A stretch of DNA of 64,000 nt from positions 10,247,309 through 10,311,308 of the forward strand of contig CM082591.2 in the NCBI GenBank assembly GCA_040954595.2, written 5' to 3'. How positions within the stretch are numbered: position 1 is the first letter of the stretch; every line of letters begins with the position of its first letter. Source of the DNA: Balanoglossus misakiensis. Taxonomy: Eukaryota; Animalia; Hemichordata. The notes under the pieces are model-generated. The model had not been told where the DNA came from. It ran no database searches and worked only from the letters and a program-made list of their open reading frames with translations. The position numbers and the translations under genes are program-made. Shown piece after piece: positions 46,953 through 59,752 of this stretch.

Positions 46953-49900
46953 GAGATCGAAGATGAAATTGTGAGTTATATACGACATTGGTTTGACTTG
47001 AACCAATCATCATCAAGATCCTTCTTCTTTACTCCAAAATCAGCTGGTGGAATGGGGTTAATTAATCCACGTATAATGTATTATGCCAAACACGTGTCAT
47101 TCTATTTATCAGTTATGAACAATGACGACCCCAATGTACGCCAGTCAGCAAGGCAATCACTTAATCTACATATGGAGAAACGGAAAGCTGTTTGCACAAG
47201 CAATGATTCCCCAAATTTTGTCGGATTTGCTCTTGATGGTAGTAATAATATTACAAAACAGTCAAAAATAAATTGGCCAAAGTCCATGTGGATAAATCTG
47301 CATGAAATGTGCAAACGTGAAGCCATCTCCATGTTTAGGAAAGGTGATAAATACATTTATGAAATGTCACTCGATGAAGAGGTATCAATAACATTTGATT
47401 CAGCGGAAAATTATTACACATGTATAAACAAACCAAGTTGAAGCAATACGAAAGTGATCTTAAGGCAAAGTCCTCCAAGGGGAGAGTAGTTAGAGAATTT
47501 CAGATACGTATCTCAATACCCATAATATTGATGATAAACTAAGATCAGTTGTGATGCGAGGCCGCTTACAATGTGAAAGCCTCATGTCCCTGTACAATCC
47601 GAGTAATCATTCAAAATCATGTAAAATATGAAAGCATCGCTCCGAAACGGCATCCCATGTATTCAACTGCTGCACTAAATTCCAGAAAATTTACCAAAAA
47701 AAGGCATAACAGAATTGTTGATTTAATTTACGGGAAGATCGTTGGTTGTAACCCAAACATGATAATTGTCAACGATACAGTGCTCACCCATAAGTTGGTC
47801 GAGGACAATGATGAATTTTCTTTCCGGCACCATCACAAAAGACCAGACATAGTTGTTGTTGACAAAAAAACATGCAAGTAACTTTAATTGAAATCGCCGT
47901 TCCCTTTGATGCACATATCTCAAAATACTTTTAGGCTAAATTCGATAAATATCACCCCTTTCTCTAGAAATAAACGATTTGGGATATCGCTCAGAGATTG
48001 TCGTTTTAAACATCGACAGTCTCGGTACTGTTAACCTAAAATTCATAACAGGGCTTATCAAAACCGGGTTAAGTAGAAACGACGCCGAATGGCCAGGTAT
48101 TGCAGTATTATCACCACAATAGGCTCCAACAAAATTTGGAGAATGCGATGCCAGCAGTGCAACATATAAATTGCTGTTTTGTTTAGTGACAAGGTAATGT
48201 AATGAGAAGGGACCATTCGGTACGTTTCCTAATATATGCAATGTTTTTAACGATTGTTATGTAAATATTGTATTTATACATCCCTCTGGTTGTATTTGGA
48301 AATAAAAGAGGTATGTATGTATGTATGTATGTATGTATGTATGTATGTATGTATGTATGTATGTATGTATGTATGTATGTATGTATGTATGTATGTATGT
48401 ATGTATGTATGTATGTATGTGTGTGTGAATGTGTGCGCGTACGTGCCTTCGTGCACCTGTGTGTATATGTCCGTGCGCGCGAGGGGGGGGGGGTGATGTG
48501 TATGTATGTATCTATTGAATTATAAAACAGAAAAGTCCATCCATTAAAGTGGTACAACGAATTCACAGAAGCAATAGCACAAGTCATATTTAAAATAACA
48601 AATCTTGTAATTACCTATAGCCTAGTTGACGACACGCAACAGTTGCAGCAAAATAATCAAAAGAATCATCACAGACTGTTCCCCAATCGCTTCCACTCCA
48701 TACTTCTACACGTCCCATGTACTGATTCGGTCCTACTAAGCGAATGCCAGAATCTGGATTTTTGCGAATTGAAGAGAAATGGGTCAATTGTAAATAACCA
48801 GTTTACTTAATGCGCATATAAGATGGAGAAAGGGGATTGATTAGGGTGGAATGTCACTGCATTAGGGCTGCCGAGGAGGATTACAGGAAGAAGTATTTAA
48901 TTTACATTTTCATTTTCACGTTGAATGTTTCTTTTTACTTTGACTTTAATTTTCTATTTGTTTAAGCTTTCATATTTGATTTAGATGTAACTGTGACCCA
49001 GATCATGTTTTGTGGCACAATAATAATTCTTGGTTTTTTTTACTGATAATTTCCTGATAATATTGATGTGCATAAATTACAATCTTACCAGTGTTTCTTG
49101 CACACAGAACGCCTGCATCTTCGGAGTGGTGACAACTCTGTGCTCCCCATCCATTATTAGAGCATTCAGTGAGAACTATTTCATTTCCATTACATTGCAC
49201 CCCATCTAACCATATGGGATCAGCTCCTTCTCCAAAATATGCTTCTGCATAGGCAGTTCCATAAGATAGCCTGAGATACACCAGGAATTCAACCTCAAAT
49301 ACTTTTTATATCCCTGCACCAGAATAGACCTGAACTGGTCATTTTGCTCTGTTTGTGGGAGATACAAAAACACGACACAACCAGAATTGGCGAAAAATGG
49401 CCAAGAGATATTGACCCTTTATTGCAAAGTTAACAATGTGTAAAGATGATGAAAAATTCCTCGCCAGTTGCCTGCCTCAATAAAACAGCAAAAACCTCAA
49501 CAAGGTAGGTATAGGTCAAAGGTCAACTGGCGAGGAAAATTAACATAACATTAAACACTGTAAAATAGGTACATAAAGAATCTCCCACAAAGGTGTGGGC
49601 CTAAAAACGCCTCTAACAACTACAATCCAATGCGACAATGAAATAAGTAAAGATACAAAGTCCATGTAAGCTCTAAAATACATATACCTCCGTCCCATAC
49701 GACCTATGTAGGGGAGGTAGATGGGGAGGCGGTGGGAGTGAAAATTCGAGGAGATGAACCAGCTCGTTGTCTTGAGGTCACGGCTGTAAAATGGAAAAGG
49801 CTGTTCCTAGTATTGACTCCCCCCCCCTATAGGAAACTGCAAATATTGTCAAGGCGGGAAAATGAAGTTGCTCTTCCATGAAGTGTCTCCCCCCGGAGAC

Positions 49901-52900
49901 TAAAGTGCTGTAAACCTCCCTGTCGGATAATAGAAAACTGTAAAACTTGATCACTAAGAAGCATGTCTATAAATGCGATTATAATAGTGATTATAATCGT
50001 GCTTTTATATCCCTGCACCAGAATAGACCTGAACTGGTCATTTTGCTCTGTTTGTGGGAGATACAAAAACACGACACAACCAGAATTGGCGAAAAATGGC
50101 CAAGAGATATTGACCCTTTATTGCAAAGTTAACAATGTGTAAAGATGATGAAAAATTCCTCGCCAGTTGCCTGCCTCAATAAAACAGCAAAAACCTCAAC
50201 AAGGTAGGTATAGGTCAAAGGTCAACTGGCGAGGAAAATTAACATAACATTAAACACTGTAAAATAGGTACATAAAGAATCTCCCACAAAGGTGTGGGCC
50301 TAAAAACGCCATAAGCCACACCCTGGTGTGGCCGCCCCACCCAAAATGACCAGACCACCCCAGGGAAGGACCCTAAAAACACCATCCCCTGCTCTTGATA
50401 GCCATAAGCCTAAAAATTGGTTACCAAGATGCTGGTTGCCTAATGTACCCCTTAAAAGCATCTGACCTCCACCTGCCTAAGGCGCGTATCTGTGCATCAG
50501 ACAATCCATCTTTAGCAGCTTGAGAGGCTGCTCCTATCCTAAAGCTATGTCCCTTGAACCTGTCTACCTCAAAGCCGCAAAAAGTGAGCGAACGCCTAAG
50601 CTGTGCCGTGAAATCTCCCCGTCCTATGCCTAACGGCCCTGGCATGCAGAAAAGAGGGCCAGGCTCACTCCCCCTCAAACGACTAAATTCCCACAATGCC
50701 TGAACCGGACACAAGTCAGACCTAAGAACCTTCTGAAATTTGATAACAAACACATCGCCTGGTTTACTGTGCTTAAAATTGAATAAGGACACAGTTGCTG
50801 ACTGTGGCAAACCTGCGCTAACCTGAAACTCCAACTGGTGGAAAAGAATGGCTTTTCCATCATCAAACATATTCCGAACTGTGAATTCCCCAATCCTGAG
50901 GAACCCATAGAAGGCTGATAAGAACATAGCCTTAAAAAGAGAACGCTGATAAACAGATGTGACCACATTTGGAATGGCCTTAATCAGACGAAGTAGGATA
51001 TCCCTAGTGATAGGGAGACGATCATCTCGTTGATGCACCAGCTTACGGTATGACTGGACCAATTTGTGAACCAAAAAGGACTTAGTAGGGTCCTGCAAGC
51101 CTGCAAGTTTATGAACGTAGCTAATGGCTGACAAATAGGTAGAAACAGTGGATGGGGCAAGGTGTTGCCTAGAGAGGTGACCAATAAACAATGTGACCGA
51201 GGATTCTGACAGCGGCAGAGATGGACAATGCACCCCTAACTGGCTACCCATGAACTGTGTAAGAACTCTCCAAGCACGCTGATAGGTTGACCTGGAAGAA
51301 CTGTGAAGAGCCTGCTGCAGAAGTCTGCCTACTTCCATGTCCAATGTATAGGTAGCAACTGAGACGGCACTGGAGTCGGATAGGTATCCATGCCCCGTGT
51401 ATATGTCCGTGCGCGCGAGGGGGGGGGGTGATGTGTATGTATGTATCTATTGAATTATAAAACAGAAAAGTCCATCCATTAAAGTGGTACAACGAATTCA
51501 CAGAAGCAATAGCACAAGTCATATTTAAAATAACAAATCTTGTAATTACCTATAGCCTAGTTGACGACACGCAACAGTTGCAGCAAAATAATCAAAAGAA
51601 TCATCACAGACTGTTCCCCAATCGCTTCCACTCCATACTTCTACACGTCCCATGTACTGATTCGGTCCTACTAAGCGAATGCCAGAATCTGGATTTTTGC
51701 GAATTGAAGAGAAATGGGTCAGTTGTAAATAACCAGTTTACTTAATGCGCATATAAGATGGAGAAAGGGGATTGATTAGGGTGGAATGTCACTGCATTAG
51801 GGCTGCCGAGGAGGATTACAGGAAGAAGTATTTAATTTACATTTTCATTTTCACGTTGAATGTTTCTTTTTACTTTGACTTTAATTTTCTATTTGTTTAA
51901 GCTTTCATATTTGATTTAGATGTAACTGTGACCCAGATCATGTTTTGTGGCACAATAATAATTCTTGGTTTTTTTTACTGATAATTTCCTGATAATATTG
52001 ATGTGCATAAATTACAATCTTACCAGTGTTTCTTGCACACAGAACGCCTGCATCTTCGGAGTGGTGACAACTCTGTGCTCCCCATCCATTATTAGAGCAT
52101 TCAGTGAGAACTATTTCATTTCCATTACATTGCACCCCATCTAACCATATGGGATCAGCTCCTTCTCCAAAATATGCTTCTGCATAGGCAGTTCCATAAG
52201 ATAGCCTGAGATACACCAGGAATTCAACCTCAAATACTTTATCTGTGCATAACAGTGAATGTGTGCGTGCGTGTGTGCACCCGCATGAATTTTGAGTAAC
52301 GACGTACATAACTAATACATCCATCCAGAAAAGTGGTTCAATGAAGCCACGGACACAATAGCACAAGTCATTTTAAAGAATAAATCTTGTAATTACCCAT
52401 TTGGATAAATATATCCTAGTTGACGACACACAACTGTTGCAGCATTATCATCAAAGCTGTCACCACAGACTGTTCCCCACTGACCACTGTGATATATTTC
52501 TACACGTCCTTTGTACTGATACGGTCCTCCTTCCAATCGAATGTGACCTTCAACTGGCCCTGGATGTGTGCGTGTCGAAGGAAAATATACTCATTGGAAA
52601 ATAACTTGACTTTACTTGTTTAATTTTGCATTGAATAAAATGAAAAGAACATGTATAGATTGTGGGTACAATTTCACTGCCTTGTTCAATTTTACGTCGT
52701 CTTAGATTATATATACTTGTTGGCATACTTGGTTTCCCTATGATCAAGTTAATGAGGCCCACATTAATTTAAGAAGAAAAAAAAACAAGATCGAGCCGCT
52801 TTGTTAGTTCGTAGTGTAGAAATTTTACTGATAGCCTGTTTATCTCCGGTGATATGAAATCCCGCGCAAGCATATAAACGCTGCAGAAAAAGAACTATAA

Positions 52901-55900
52901 TTATACGAATATATTTTAAAACACCAATGTCTATTTTCTATTTAAGCCTTTTTTGCTGAGCTGGTAAGTACTTTCTTATTGTTAGGATTAAAATCACTCT
53001 ATATCACCTCTGGGCTGGGAAAACTTGCCGCAAGTGCAGGTGTGGACCACGCCCGCATCACAAAATTTGATTTTTTTTATCTCACAGTCATCCCAATTTC
53101 TTTTTAAAATATGTTATGTTAATTACCGTTGATTTGACAATTTAACAAACCTCTGCATTTAGTACTACAAGTAGTTACTGCACCAATTGTAATGAACATT
53201 GTCAGAAATGCAGTTCTTGTGATGTAGGATTAACTGTATGGACACATGAATTTTTCTGGCCTCAGTTTCTTTATTTAACATGCATATTAACGTTCACTTT
53301 CCATCACTTACTTGCACAAAGAACGCTTGCATCTTCATAGTGATCACAATTGTGTATTCCCCATCCAGAATTGGAGCATTCAGTGAGAACCATTTCATTT
53401 CCACTGCATGTCACGTCATCCAACCATATCAGATTATTCAGACTATCTCCTGTTCCAAAATATGCTCCTGTATAGGCGGTTGCAGAACTGGAACTGAAAT
53501 AGAGAATGCAACGTTTAGAATTCAAAATACTTTCTGCAACAGTGTATATATACCCCCCACCCCTCCAATATACATTGTGGCATGCGTGTGTGTACGACCG
53601 TGAGTGTATGTGTGCACCCGCCTGAATTGTGTGTTTGGAAGTACAGAACTAATGAACATCCTTCTCCATCCTTTCTACATACTAGGCGGTTCCAAACATC
53701 TGACTTAGGTAGATAATGATCATAAATTCAACGTTTAGAAAACAAAAAATACTTTCTGTCCCAGTGTATGTGAGCGTGCGTGCGTGCGCATGAATTGTGA
53801 ATATCGAAGTACAGAACTAATAAATCCATCCACAAAAGTGGTTCAAAAACACAAGCCATTCTTTAAAATAACAAATCTTCTAATCACCTATATCCTAGTT
53901 GACGACAAACAACATTTGCAGCATTTTGATCAAAGCCGTCATCACAGATTTTTCCCCACTGACCGTTGTGATATATTTCTACACGTCCTTTGTACTGATC
54001 CGTTCCTAATACCAAGCGAATGTCACCTTCAACTGGATGGTGAAAATATATTAATTAAGGAACAACTTGTTGTTTAAGCTGTATGTGTAAAAATAACGTC
54101 GGAATGAAATTAAATGAGAATCTGGCCCTACTAAATGGTACATAAGATGCTTTTAATTTTACATTTTTGACAGCCCAGGAATAAGAAATTTGAAGATTGT
54201 TGCTATTGGATATTTCAGAATTACAATGCGAGATATCCGGGCCCTTTAGACAACAGTAGGAAATTAACTGTACACACAAATCAATATAGGAATAATCATA
54301 AAATGCTATTTTGAAATTTACAACAAATATATGATCAAGTTGATGTGATGTAGAGCGTCTTATTTATCGGAGTACACTTTTATCGGTGCTGTCAGAAACA
54401 GTTGCGGCGTACTCCAGTTTTGATATAACAAAAAAATTAATTGTAAACCATGAGCAGAGCGTCTACAGGTAACTCACAAATACAAAGTAATAATCGACCA
54501 CGGGTATTAATTAAACTGGTGTGTATGGAAAAAACTCCACTTGATATACATATAATTGATATAAAATTCCCCCGTATTTCAAACGAGTGTGCCTGCGTCG
54601 GGGACGAGTGATTACCCGTATAGCGGCCGTATCCCTCTGAGCAAATGCGCAGCGTCTCCAGCTCATGTGTTAAGGCTGAATTTTATCATTAAACTTTGGT
54701 AAATGGCAATCTAGCCAAAGAAAGACGTTTGTCTGATAATTTGGATTACTGGAATATCACATGTGTTGTAACACTTTCAGCAGTCATTCACATTATACAG
54801 AGGATCTTGTACAATAGAAGATCATCAGCAAAGCCTCTAATGTATATAACACACACTTAAAATGTTCTGAAACTCGTTCAAATACAGAATCAAACACAAA
54901 TGTGACCTTTATGGACCCCCTTGATCTCACCAAAGCGGGGTCTGATCTACACATTTTGACATTAACATCCTGGATCTTATAAGTCTGGTATGTAGTATAC
55001 CAGTCAAGGAGGATATCGTGTACATTGTATTCCGTACCTGGCAAGGATGCCTAGTAAATACACATGATTCAGTAGAAATGGAACTTTATGTAATATGCAC
55101 ATAAATGGTCCCTTTCCGTCACTTACCTACACAAAGAACGCCAACATCTTCATAGTGGGTACAGGTGTTCATTCCCCATTCAGACTTGGAACATTCTGTG
55201 AGAAGCATCTCATTTCCACTGCATTTCACATCAGTCAGCCATATCGGATCAGGTCCGCTTCCAAAATGTGCTGATCCATACGCGAATCCAAATCTTTCAC
55301 TAAGGTAGATCAGGCATTCAACGTTTAAATTGTGTGTGTCTGCGCGTGTGCGTGCGTGTGTGTCTTTGTACGTGTCATTCTTTATATCACAAAACTTATA
55401 ATTACCTATATCCTAGTTGACGACACACAACACTTGCAGCATTATCATCAAATTGGTTATCACAGACTGTTCCCCACTGACCATCGTGATATATTTCTAC
55501 ACGTCCTTTGTACTGAGTCGATGAGTCTCTTAATATAATGTCACCTTCAGCTGTATGCGTGTATTGAATGAAAATGTTAAAACATATTTTTAGTTTACCT
55601 GTTTCAGTTTTATGTGTCAAAAAGATCACGGACGGATAAGGGTTGCAACTTAGCTGCATTGATCAAGTTTAGGTCGCCTTACCTTTGATAAAGTTTAAGC
55701 ATAGACCTTCCAGGGTCAATGGTTTAAGCGGCGCACATAAATATATGCACAAGTCAGAATCAATACAATACATACATGGTGGCTTGTAGAAGTACTGGCC
55801 CGTGCCAACTCCCGTATTCGCATAGGGGAAGAGTCTGTCTGTCTGTCTGTCTGTCCCTTTTCTGTCTGTGTCATCGATATCATAAAATGGTGGGTCAGAT

Positions 55901-58900
55901 TTGAACCAAATTTAGTGGACAGGTATCGATGTTGGTGGCTGGTCAGAAATGAATGCATTTTGGTGGATGTGGCTTGAATCTTATTGAAGTTATCAAGATC
56001 AAGTTGTTGATGATTTAACTTGTGCATGACAGAATCCGCATACACCGAAAATTACTTTACCTACTTCGTTGAAACTTACTGTTTGTAGATATCAATAAAC
56101 ATTCCACCGATTTTTATTAAGTAGCAAAGTTGAACTTTTCTGATTAATGATATATTTCTAAAACATCATCACAAACTCAGTGGAAATTAACTGAACAGGT
56201 ATTTATCTCACGGTCATGTCAATGTCTCATGAAATATGTTATGATATCACGTTAATAAATTGTAGTTGCATATCATCGAACTTTTGCTATTAGTAATGTA
56301 CGTCAGTAGTTACTACACATGCAGCTATGCTGAAATTATTTCGTACGTGAAACTAATATTGTTTTATGCGGAGAACCAACACACTCTAAATAATATAATG
56401 ACAAGATACAACTATTGAGCTGTTAAACACTTTTTTTTCTCATCACAAATTTTAACCTTAGAATGTTCCCCTGCCAGAGGAATGAGTTAATATTTTATAT
56501 TGAGCAAAAAAAAAAAAGAAATTCATTATTGTCTTACGATCTAATTATTTTCTTGACAAGTACAAATATTAATTTTGTGATGGAGCAACTAGCATCGTTA
56601 GATGCTACCAAATCTCATGGTTTTGACAATGTCTCCCCCAAACTTCTTAAAATCGGGGCAAATAGTATAGCGGGTCACATTACTAATATGTTCAATTTGT
56701 CAATAACGAATGGTACTTTCCCTGATTGCTTTAAATGTGCCAGAGTTGTACCCATACATAAGAACGGGCCGAAACATGCTATTAGTAATTACAGGCCCAT
56801 ATCAATCTTGCCTGCTTTATCAAAGATACTTGAGAGACACGTTTATAACAGTCTGTACACTTGTCTACAAAATAATAAGTTAATTATGAGTTCGCAGTCG
56901 GGTTTCAGACACTTTCATTCATGTAACACCGCATTGCTGAAGCTTACAGATCAACTTTTAAGAAATATTGATAATGGTCTGTACAATGGCCTAATGTATC
57001 TTGACTTATGTAAGGCCTTTGACGTGGTCGATCATGATATTCTTTTAAGGAAATTGTCCATTTACGGTGTTAATGATGTATCTTTTAAATGGTTTCGTTC
57101 ATATCTCTCGAATAGATGTCAATTTGTCAGTTACATGGGTGAGGAATCAAAGACTTTACCTGTTGTTTGTGGTGTTCCACAAGGTTCCATTTTAGGACCT
57201 CTTTTGTTTTTAATTTTCATTAATGATTTACCTTTGAGTCTCAGCATGGGAAACATTGATATGTTTGCTGATGATCAAACACTTTGTGTCTCTGGCATTT
57301 CTATTGATGAGGTTGGTACAAAACTTCAAGAGGACGTTTTACCAATTTCCACATGGGTTTCAAATAATGCCATGTCAATTAACACCACCAAGACAAAATG
57401 GATGATTGTTGCCTCTTGCCCAAAGGTTAATAATGTGTCCGAGCACAGTGTCACTCCCAATATTAGGATCAATAATACTTGCATTTCTTGTGTTTCTTCT
57501 CACACACTTCTTGGAATAGAGATTGACAATGCTTTAACATGGGATACTCATATAGATAACTTAAGTAGAAAATTGTCAATGCGGATTGGGGTACTGAGGA
57601 AATTGCGACCTTTGACCCCAAGGCATACTCTTATGTTGGTTTATAATGCTATTTTCCTTTCTATAATTGATTACTGTTGCACTGTTTGGGGCAACACATC
57701 AAAAACCAATCTACAGAGAATTTATAAACTTCAGAAAAGAGCCGGCAGAGTAATTTTAGGAGTAGACATTACATTTCCTTCTCGTTCTCTTCTGACAACT
57801 CTTCATTGGTTGCCCATTGATATTAGAATTGAGTATTTCATTGCTGTTCAAACTTTCAAGATACTACATGGCCTGGCGCCTGATTATTTAAATGAATTTT
57901 CTTATGTTTCTGAGATGTACAATTTTACCACTAGATCTGTCAGCAACGCTAATTTGTATGTGCCCACTTTTAAAACAGCAACTGGGCAAAGGTCTTTTAT
58001 GTATCGAGCAACAAATATCTGGAACAATATTCCCCTGTCTATAAGAAGTATATACAGTCTGTCACAGTTCAAGTCACAACTACGTAACTTTTTTCACACT
58101 AAATTTATAAATGAAGGTTCATCACTTGATTAGATTTCATGACTGTTTCCGCCATTGCGACTTGATTTGATTTTTTCAGTGTTTTGTTTTTTTTCTTTCC
58201 TTGTTGTATTCATTCTCATTTCGCCTTTGAGGGCTCTGTTGTATATTACAATTCTACTTTGTAACACAGACTACCCTCTTTAAATAAAGCATAATAATAA
58301 TAATAATAATAATAACAGGTAGCTGCAATAATTATAGCCTTAGTGGTGGGCTGGTGTATCGCTGTCGGCTGGCCTGATCGCTGACGGCAGGCCAACCGAC
58401 AGCGATACACCAGCCCACCACCAAGGCTACAGTTATTGCAACAAATAAACAGGGCTGTTCATATAGAATAATATAGAACAGTGCCGGTGAAGTCGGTTTT
58501 GGAAACATCTCCACACTCACGGGATGCTTTTTCATTCAAATTGCCGACGAGAGAATTGGATGGGGAAGTCTATTCAATCGAACGCGGAATGAATCTTTTA
58601 GCTGAATGACATTAATTTCGGAAAATAGATTGATTTCCAGCCTATACAGAGCACCGAAATGATATCATGACGGTAAGTTGATCAACTATTTTGCTAAAAT
58701 AACGCAATTTCAACATCGATCTATTGTCACTGTTCTATTTTCTATTTTAAACAAAATGTCCGCTTTAAACGGAAAACACGATCAGTGACAGAGACGCTCT
58801 ACCCGTCTGTAGAATGTCAAATCCAATTAAAAACTACCACTTTAACAACGCGACTTCATGAAAGGTCAATGAAACAGTTGTTGGCAATCATTACAGTTCT

Positions 58901-59091
58901 GTTATCGGAATTTAATGACAAATGCAGTCGAACAGCCGCAAACAAAGAAAACCGAAATGGTAATCTTCAGCAGTAAAATTAATAGTTACCAAGGCACAAC
59001 TTGCAAAACTACAAAGTTTTCTCTTACCTGTTCCTTCGGTTATGTGCGTACAGTAGAGCAATAACAGCGAAATTAAGACTAGTTGACACAT
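39201..59091 (-). CDS. Host gene N-terminal part: signal peptide (59091-59028), SRCR exons 55550-55406, 55293-55127, 54032-53888, ~53493-53312, 52553-52397, 52205-52024, 51688-51550, 49270-49089, 48752-48614, 46809-46637; linker 41603-41541; HYR exons 40074-39835 and 39440-39201
   Basis: SRCR motifs [26 protein letters not shown] and FG.G..PIWLD.V.C.G.E..L.EC...WG...C.H.ED.GV.C. HYR motif DTENPVI.CPSDI...[22 protein letters not shown]. Exon phases are consistent. Confidence 0.85.
40351..40815 (+). mobile_element. Degenerate HINE-like element
   Basis: ttttaattccactgtcagcgacgcggggctt 5' end with gtct/gtc microsatellite; 3' cagaggagctgtatc followed by hairpin ggcctctaggtc and gcttgt. Confidence 0.55.
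42912..43097. repeat. ~185-bp foldback (long imperfect hairpin) downstream of the Crypton relic
   Basis: cagaacttcatgacctcgcca...atacggtgtatcctgct / agcaggatacaccgtat...tggcgaggtcatgaagttctg. Confidence 0.85.
43373..44400 (-). pseudogene. Crypton-type (DUF3504-like) tyrosine recombinase relic, frameshifted
   Basis: [12 protein letters not shown]...DSPFYL...[15 protein letters not shown]...[12 protein letters not shown]; after a frameshift, LSGHK...SLNRYS...QQCQMS; upstream FGLR. Confidence 0.8.
45637..45806. mobile_element. Short inverted-repeat element (MITE-like)
   Basis: aataaaatataggggtcaccgcgct ... agcgcggtgacccctatattttatt. Confidence 0.65.
45922..46500 (+). mobile_element. Non-autonomous element ending in a ~145-bp hairpin (Crypton-like)
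   Basis: 5' tatcatgctaccgtccgcgattctgattggacgagag (also present inverted at 1383-1418 and 29656-29691); 3' foldback agcaataacccccg...cgggggttattgct (46355-46497). Confidence 0.55.
46949..48310 (+). mobile_element. 5'-truncated, frameshifted non-LTR retrotransposon with restriction-like endonuclease (R2/R4/NeSL group), inserted in a microsatellite
   Basis: RT-thumb-like [29 protein letters not shown]..., IEIAVPFD...KFDKY across frameshifts; aataaa 3' end; flanked by (TATG)n(TG)n and (TATG)n. Confidence 0.8.
48461..49305. repeat. ~845-bp direct duplication copy A (copy B 51397-52240) carrying two SRCR half-exons
   Basis: Near-identical sequence; ORF 49003-49281 equals the end of ORF 51938-52366. 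Confidence 0.95.
49304..51396 (-). mobile_element. 3' part of an Ngaro/DIRS-order YR retrotransposon with split direct repeats (B1 50003-50310, A2 49612-50002, B2 49304-49611)
   Basis: A 308-bp repeat occurs twice, separated by unique sequence, after the YR ORF. The upstream overlapping frame ends [20 protein letters not shown], as expected for an RT/RNase H ORF end. Confidence 0.82.
50421..51344 (-). CDS. Tyrosine recombinase (DIRS/Ngaro-type), 307 aa, intact
   Basis: [53 protein letters not shown]. Confidence 0.92.
   Translation of the reverse strand: MDMEVGRLLQQALHSSSRSTYQRAWRVLTQFMGSQLGVHCPSLPLSESSVTLFIGHLSRQHLAPSTVSTYLSAISYVHKLAGLQDPTKSFLVHKLVQSYRKLVHQRDDRLPITRDILLRLIKAIPNVVTSVYQRSLFKAMFLSAFYGFLRIGEFTVRNMFDDGKAILFHQLEFQVSAGLPQSATVSLFNFKHSKPGDVFVIKFQKVLRSDLCPVQALWEFSRLRGSEPGPLFCMPGPLGIGRGDFTAQLRRSLTFCGFEVDRFKGHSFRIGAASQAAKDGLSDAQIRALGRWRSDAFKGYIRQPASW
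51397..52240. repeat. ~845-bp direct duplication copy B
   Basis: Matches 48461-49305. Confidence 0.95.
56463..58133 (+). CDS. CR1/L2-group LINE reverse transcriptase (5'-truncated)
   Basis: [59 protein letters not shown]. Confidence 0.92.
   Translation: MFPCQRNELIFYIEQKKKRNSLLSYDLIIFLTSTNINFVMEQLASLDATKSHGFDNVSPKLLKIGANSIAGHITNMFNLSITNGTFPDCFKCARVVPIHKNGPKHAISNYRPISILPALSKILERHVYNSLYTCLQNNKLIMSSQSGFRHFHSCNTALLKLTDQLLRNIDNGLYNGLMYLDLCKAFDVVDHDILLRKLSIYGVNDVSFKWFRSYLSNRCQFVSYMGEESKTLPVVCGVPQGSILGPLLFLIFINDLPLSLSMGNIDMFADDQTLCVSGISIDEVGTKLQEDVLPISTWVSNNAMSINTTKTKWMIVASCPKVNNVSEHSVTPNIRINNTCISCVSSHTLLGIEIDNALTWDTHIDNLSRKLSMRIGVLRKLRPLTPRHTLMLVYNAIFLSIIDYCCTVWGNTSKTNLQRIYKLQKRAGRVILGVDITFPSRSLLTTLHWLPIDIRIEYFIAVQTFKILHGLAPDYLNEFSYVSEMYNFTTRSVSNANLYVPTFKTATGQRSFMYRATNIWNNIPLSIRSIYSLSQFKSQLRNFFHTKFINEGSSLD
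56550..58313 (+). mobile_element. CR1/L2-like LINE with AATAAA and (AAT)n tail, antisense in intron 1 of the SRCR gene
   Basis: The RT ORF is followed by a short 3' UTR and taaataaagc(ataat)n. Confidence 0.88.
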
Positions 59092-59752
59092 CTTAGTGTT
59101 TCATCCTGTTTTACACGCAGAGCTCAATTTAAACTGAGGGACATACAGGGTTGTGACATACAAGTACATCAGTCAGTTGCTATAGGTACACCTACGCGCG
59201 TTTATTGGTGGTGTTAATTCACGTCACTCAATCGTACGCAGGCCAATCGCATACGACGGATAATTTTTATAATCAAACTGCTTGTACCATTTGATATTAT
59301 GCTTTTAAGCATTTGTACAAGTCCCTTAAGTTTCTGAACGATGACCACAATTGGGATTATTTTGGGATTATATGTCATGAAATATCGTATAAATCAACGG
59401 ACTTCAATGAAACTGCGTTGACATTTTTTGCAAAGTGTTTGTTATTTTAGTAAGAATAACTGCAGTCTACGGGTTTGCGGTTTGGCCCAATGGTTCTGTG
59501 CTCGCGAATTGATAAGGCGAATCCAAATTAGTCAGTTTTCACCACTGTACTGCAGATTTTATATTCCCGAGCTAGGGTGTTCACGTATCCCATTTAACAT
59601 AAATATGAAACCTTTAATAAGGCAGGAGCGCAATTAACAAAACGTATTTGCAAAGTTGTCATTTTATGAACGGCTCCATATAGTGCCGTGTTCCAAAAAT
59701 ACAAGGGACACATATACTGTATATGCTGATGACATATGCGAATGTTGGTCAA
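58314..59752. repeat. ~1.43-kb direct repeat copy 1 containing promoter and signal-peptide exon (copy 2 60850-62276)
   Basis: aacaggtagctgcaataa...gctgatg..ttggtcaa is repeated at offset ~2536. Confidence 0.95.
58323..58441. repeat. ~118-bp GC-rich hairpin (TAGCCTT...AAGGCTA core); second copy ~60859-60977
   Basis: gcaataa..tagcctt.gtggtgggctggtgtatcgctgtcgg / ccgacagcgatacaccagcccaccac.aaggcta..ttattgc. Confidence 0.85.

Noticed and set aside
48183-48587. ORFs with YIHT/MYVC repeats (also 3190-3526, 46828-47016)
   Set aside because: These are translations of (TATG)n microsatellites.
50421-51344. Phage integrase or bacterial horizontal transfer
   Set aside because: The split direct repeats and overlapping RNase H-like ORF end fit a eukaryotic Ngaro/DIRS element.
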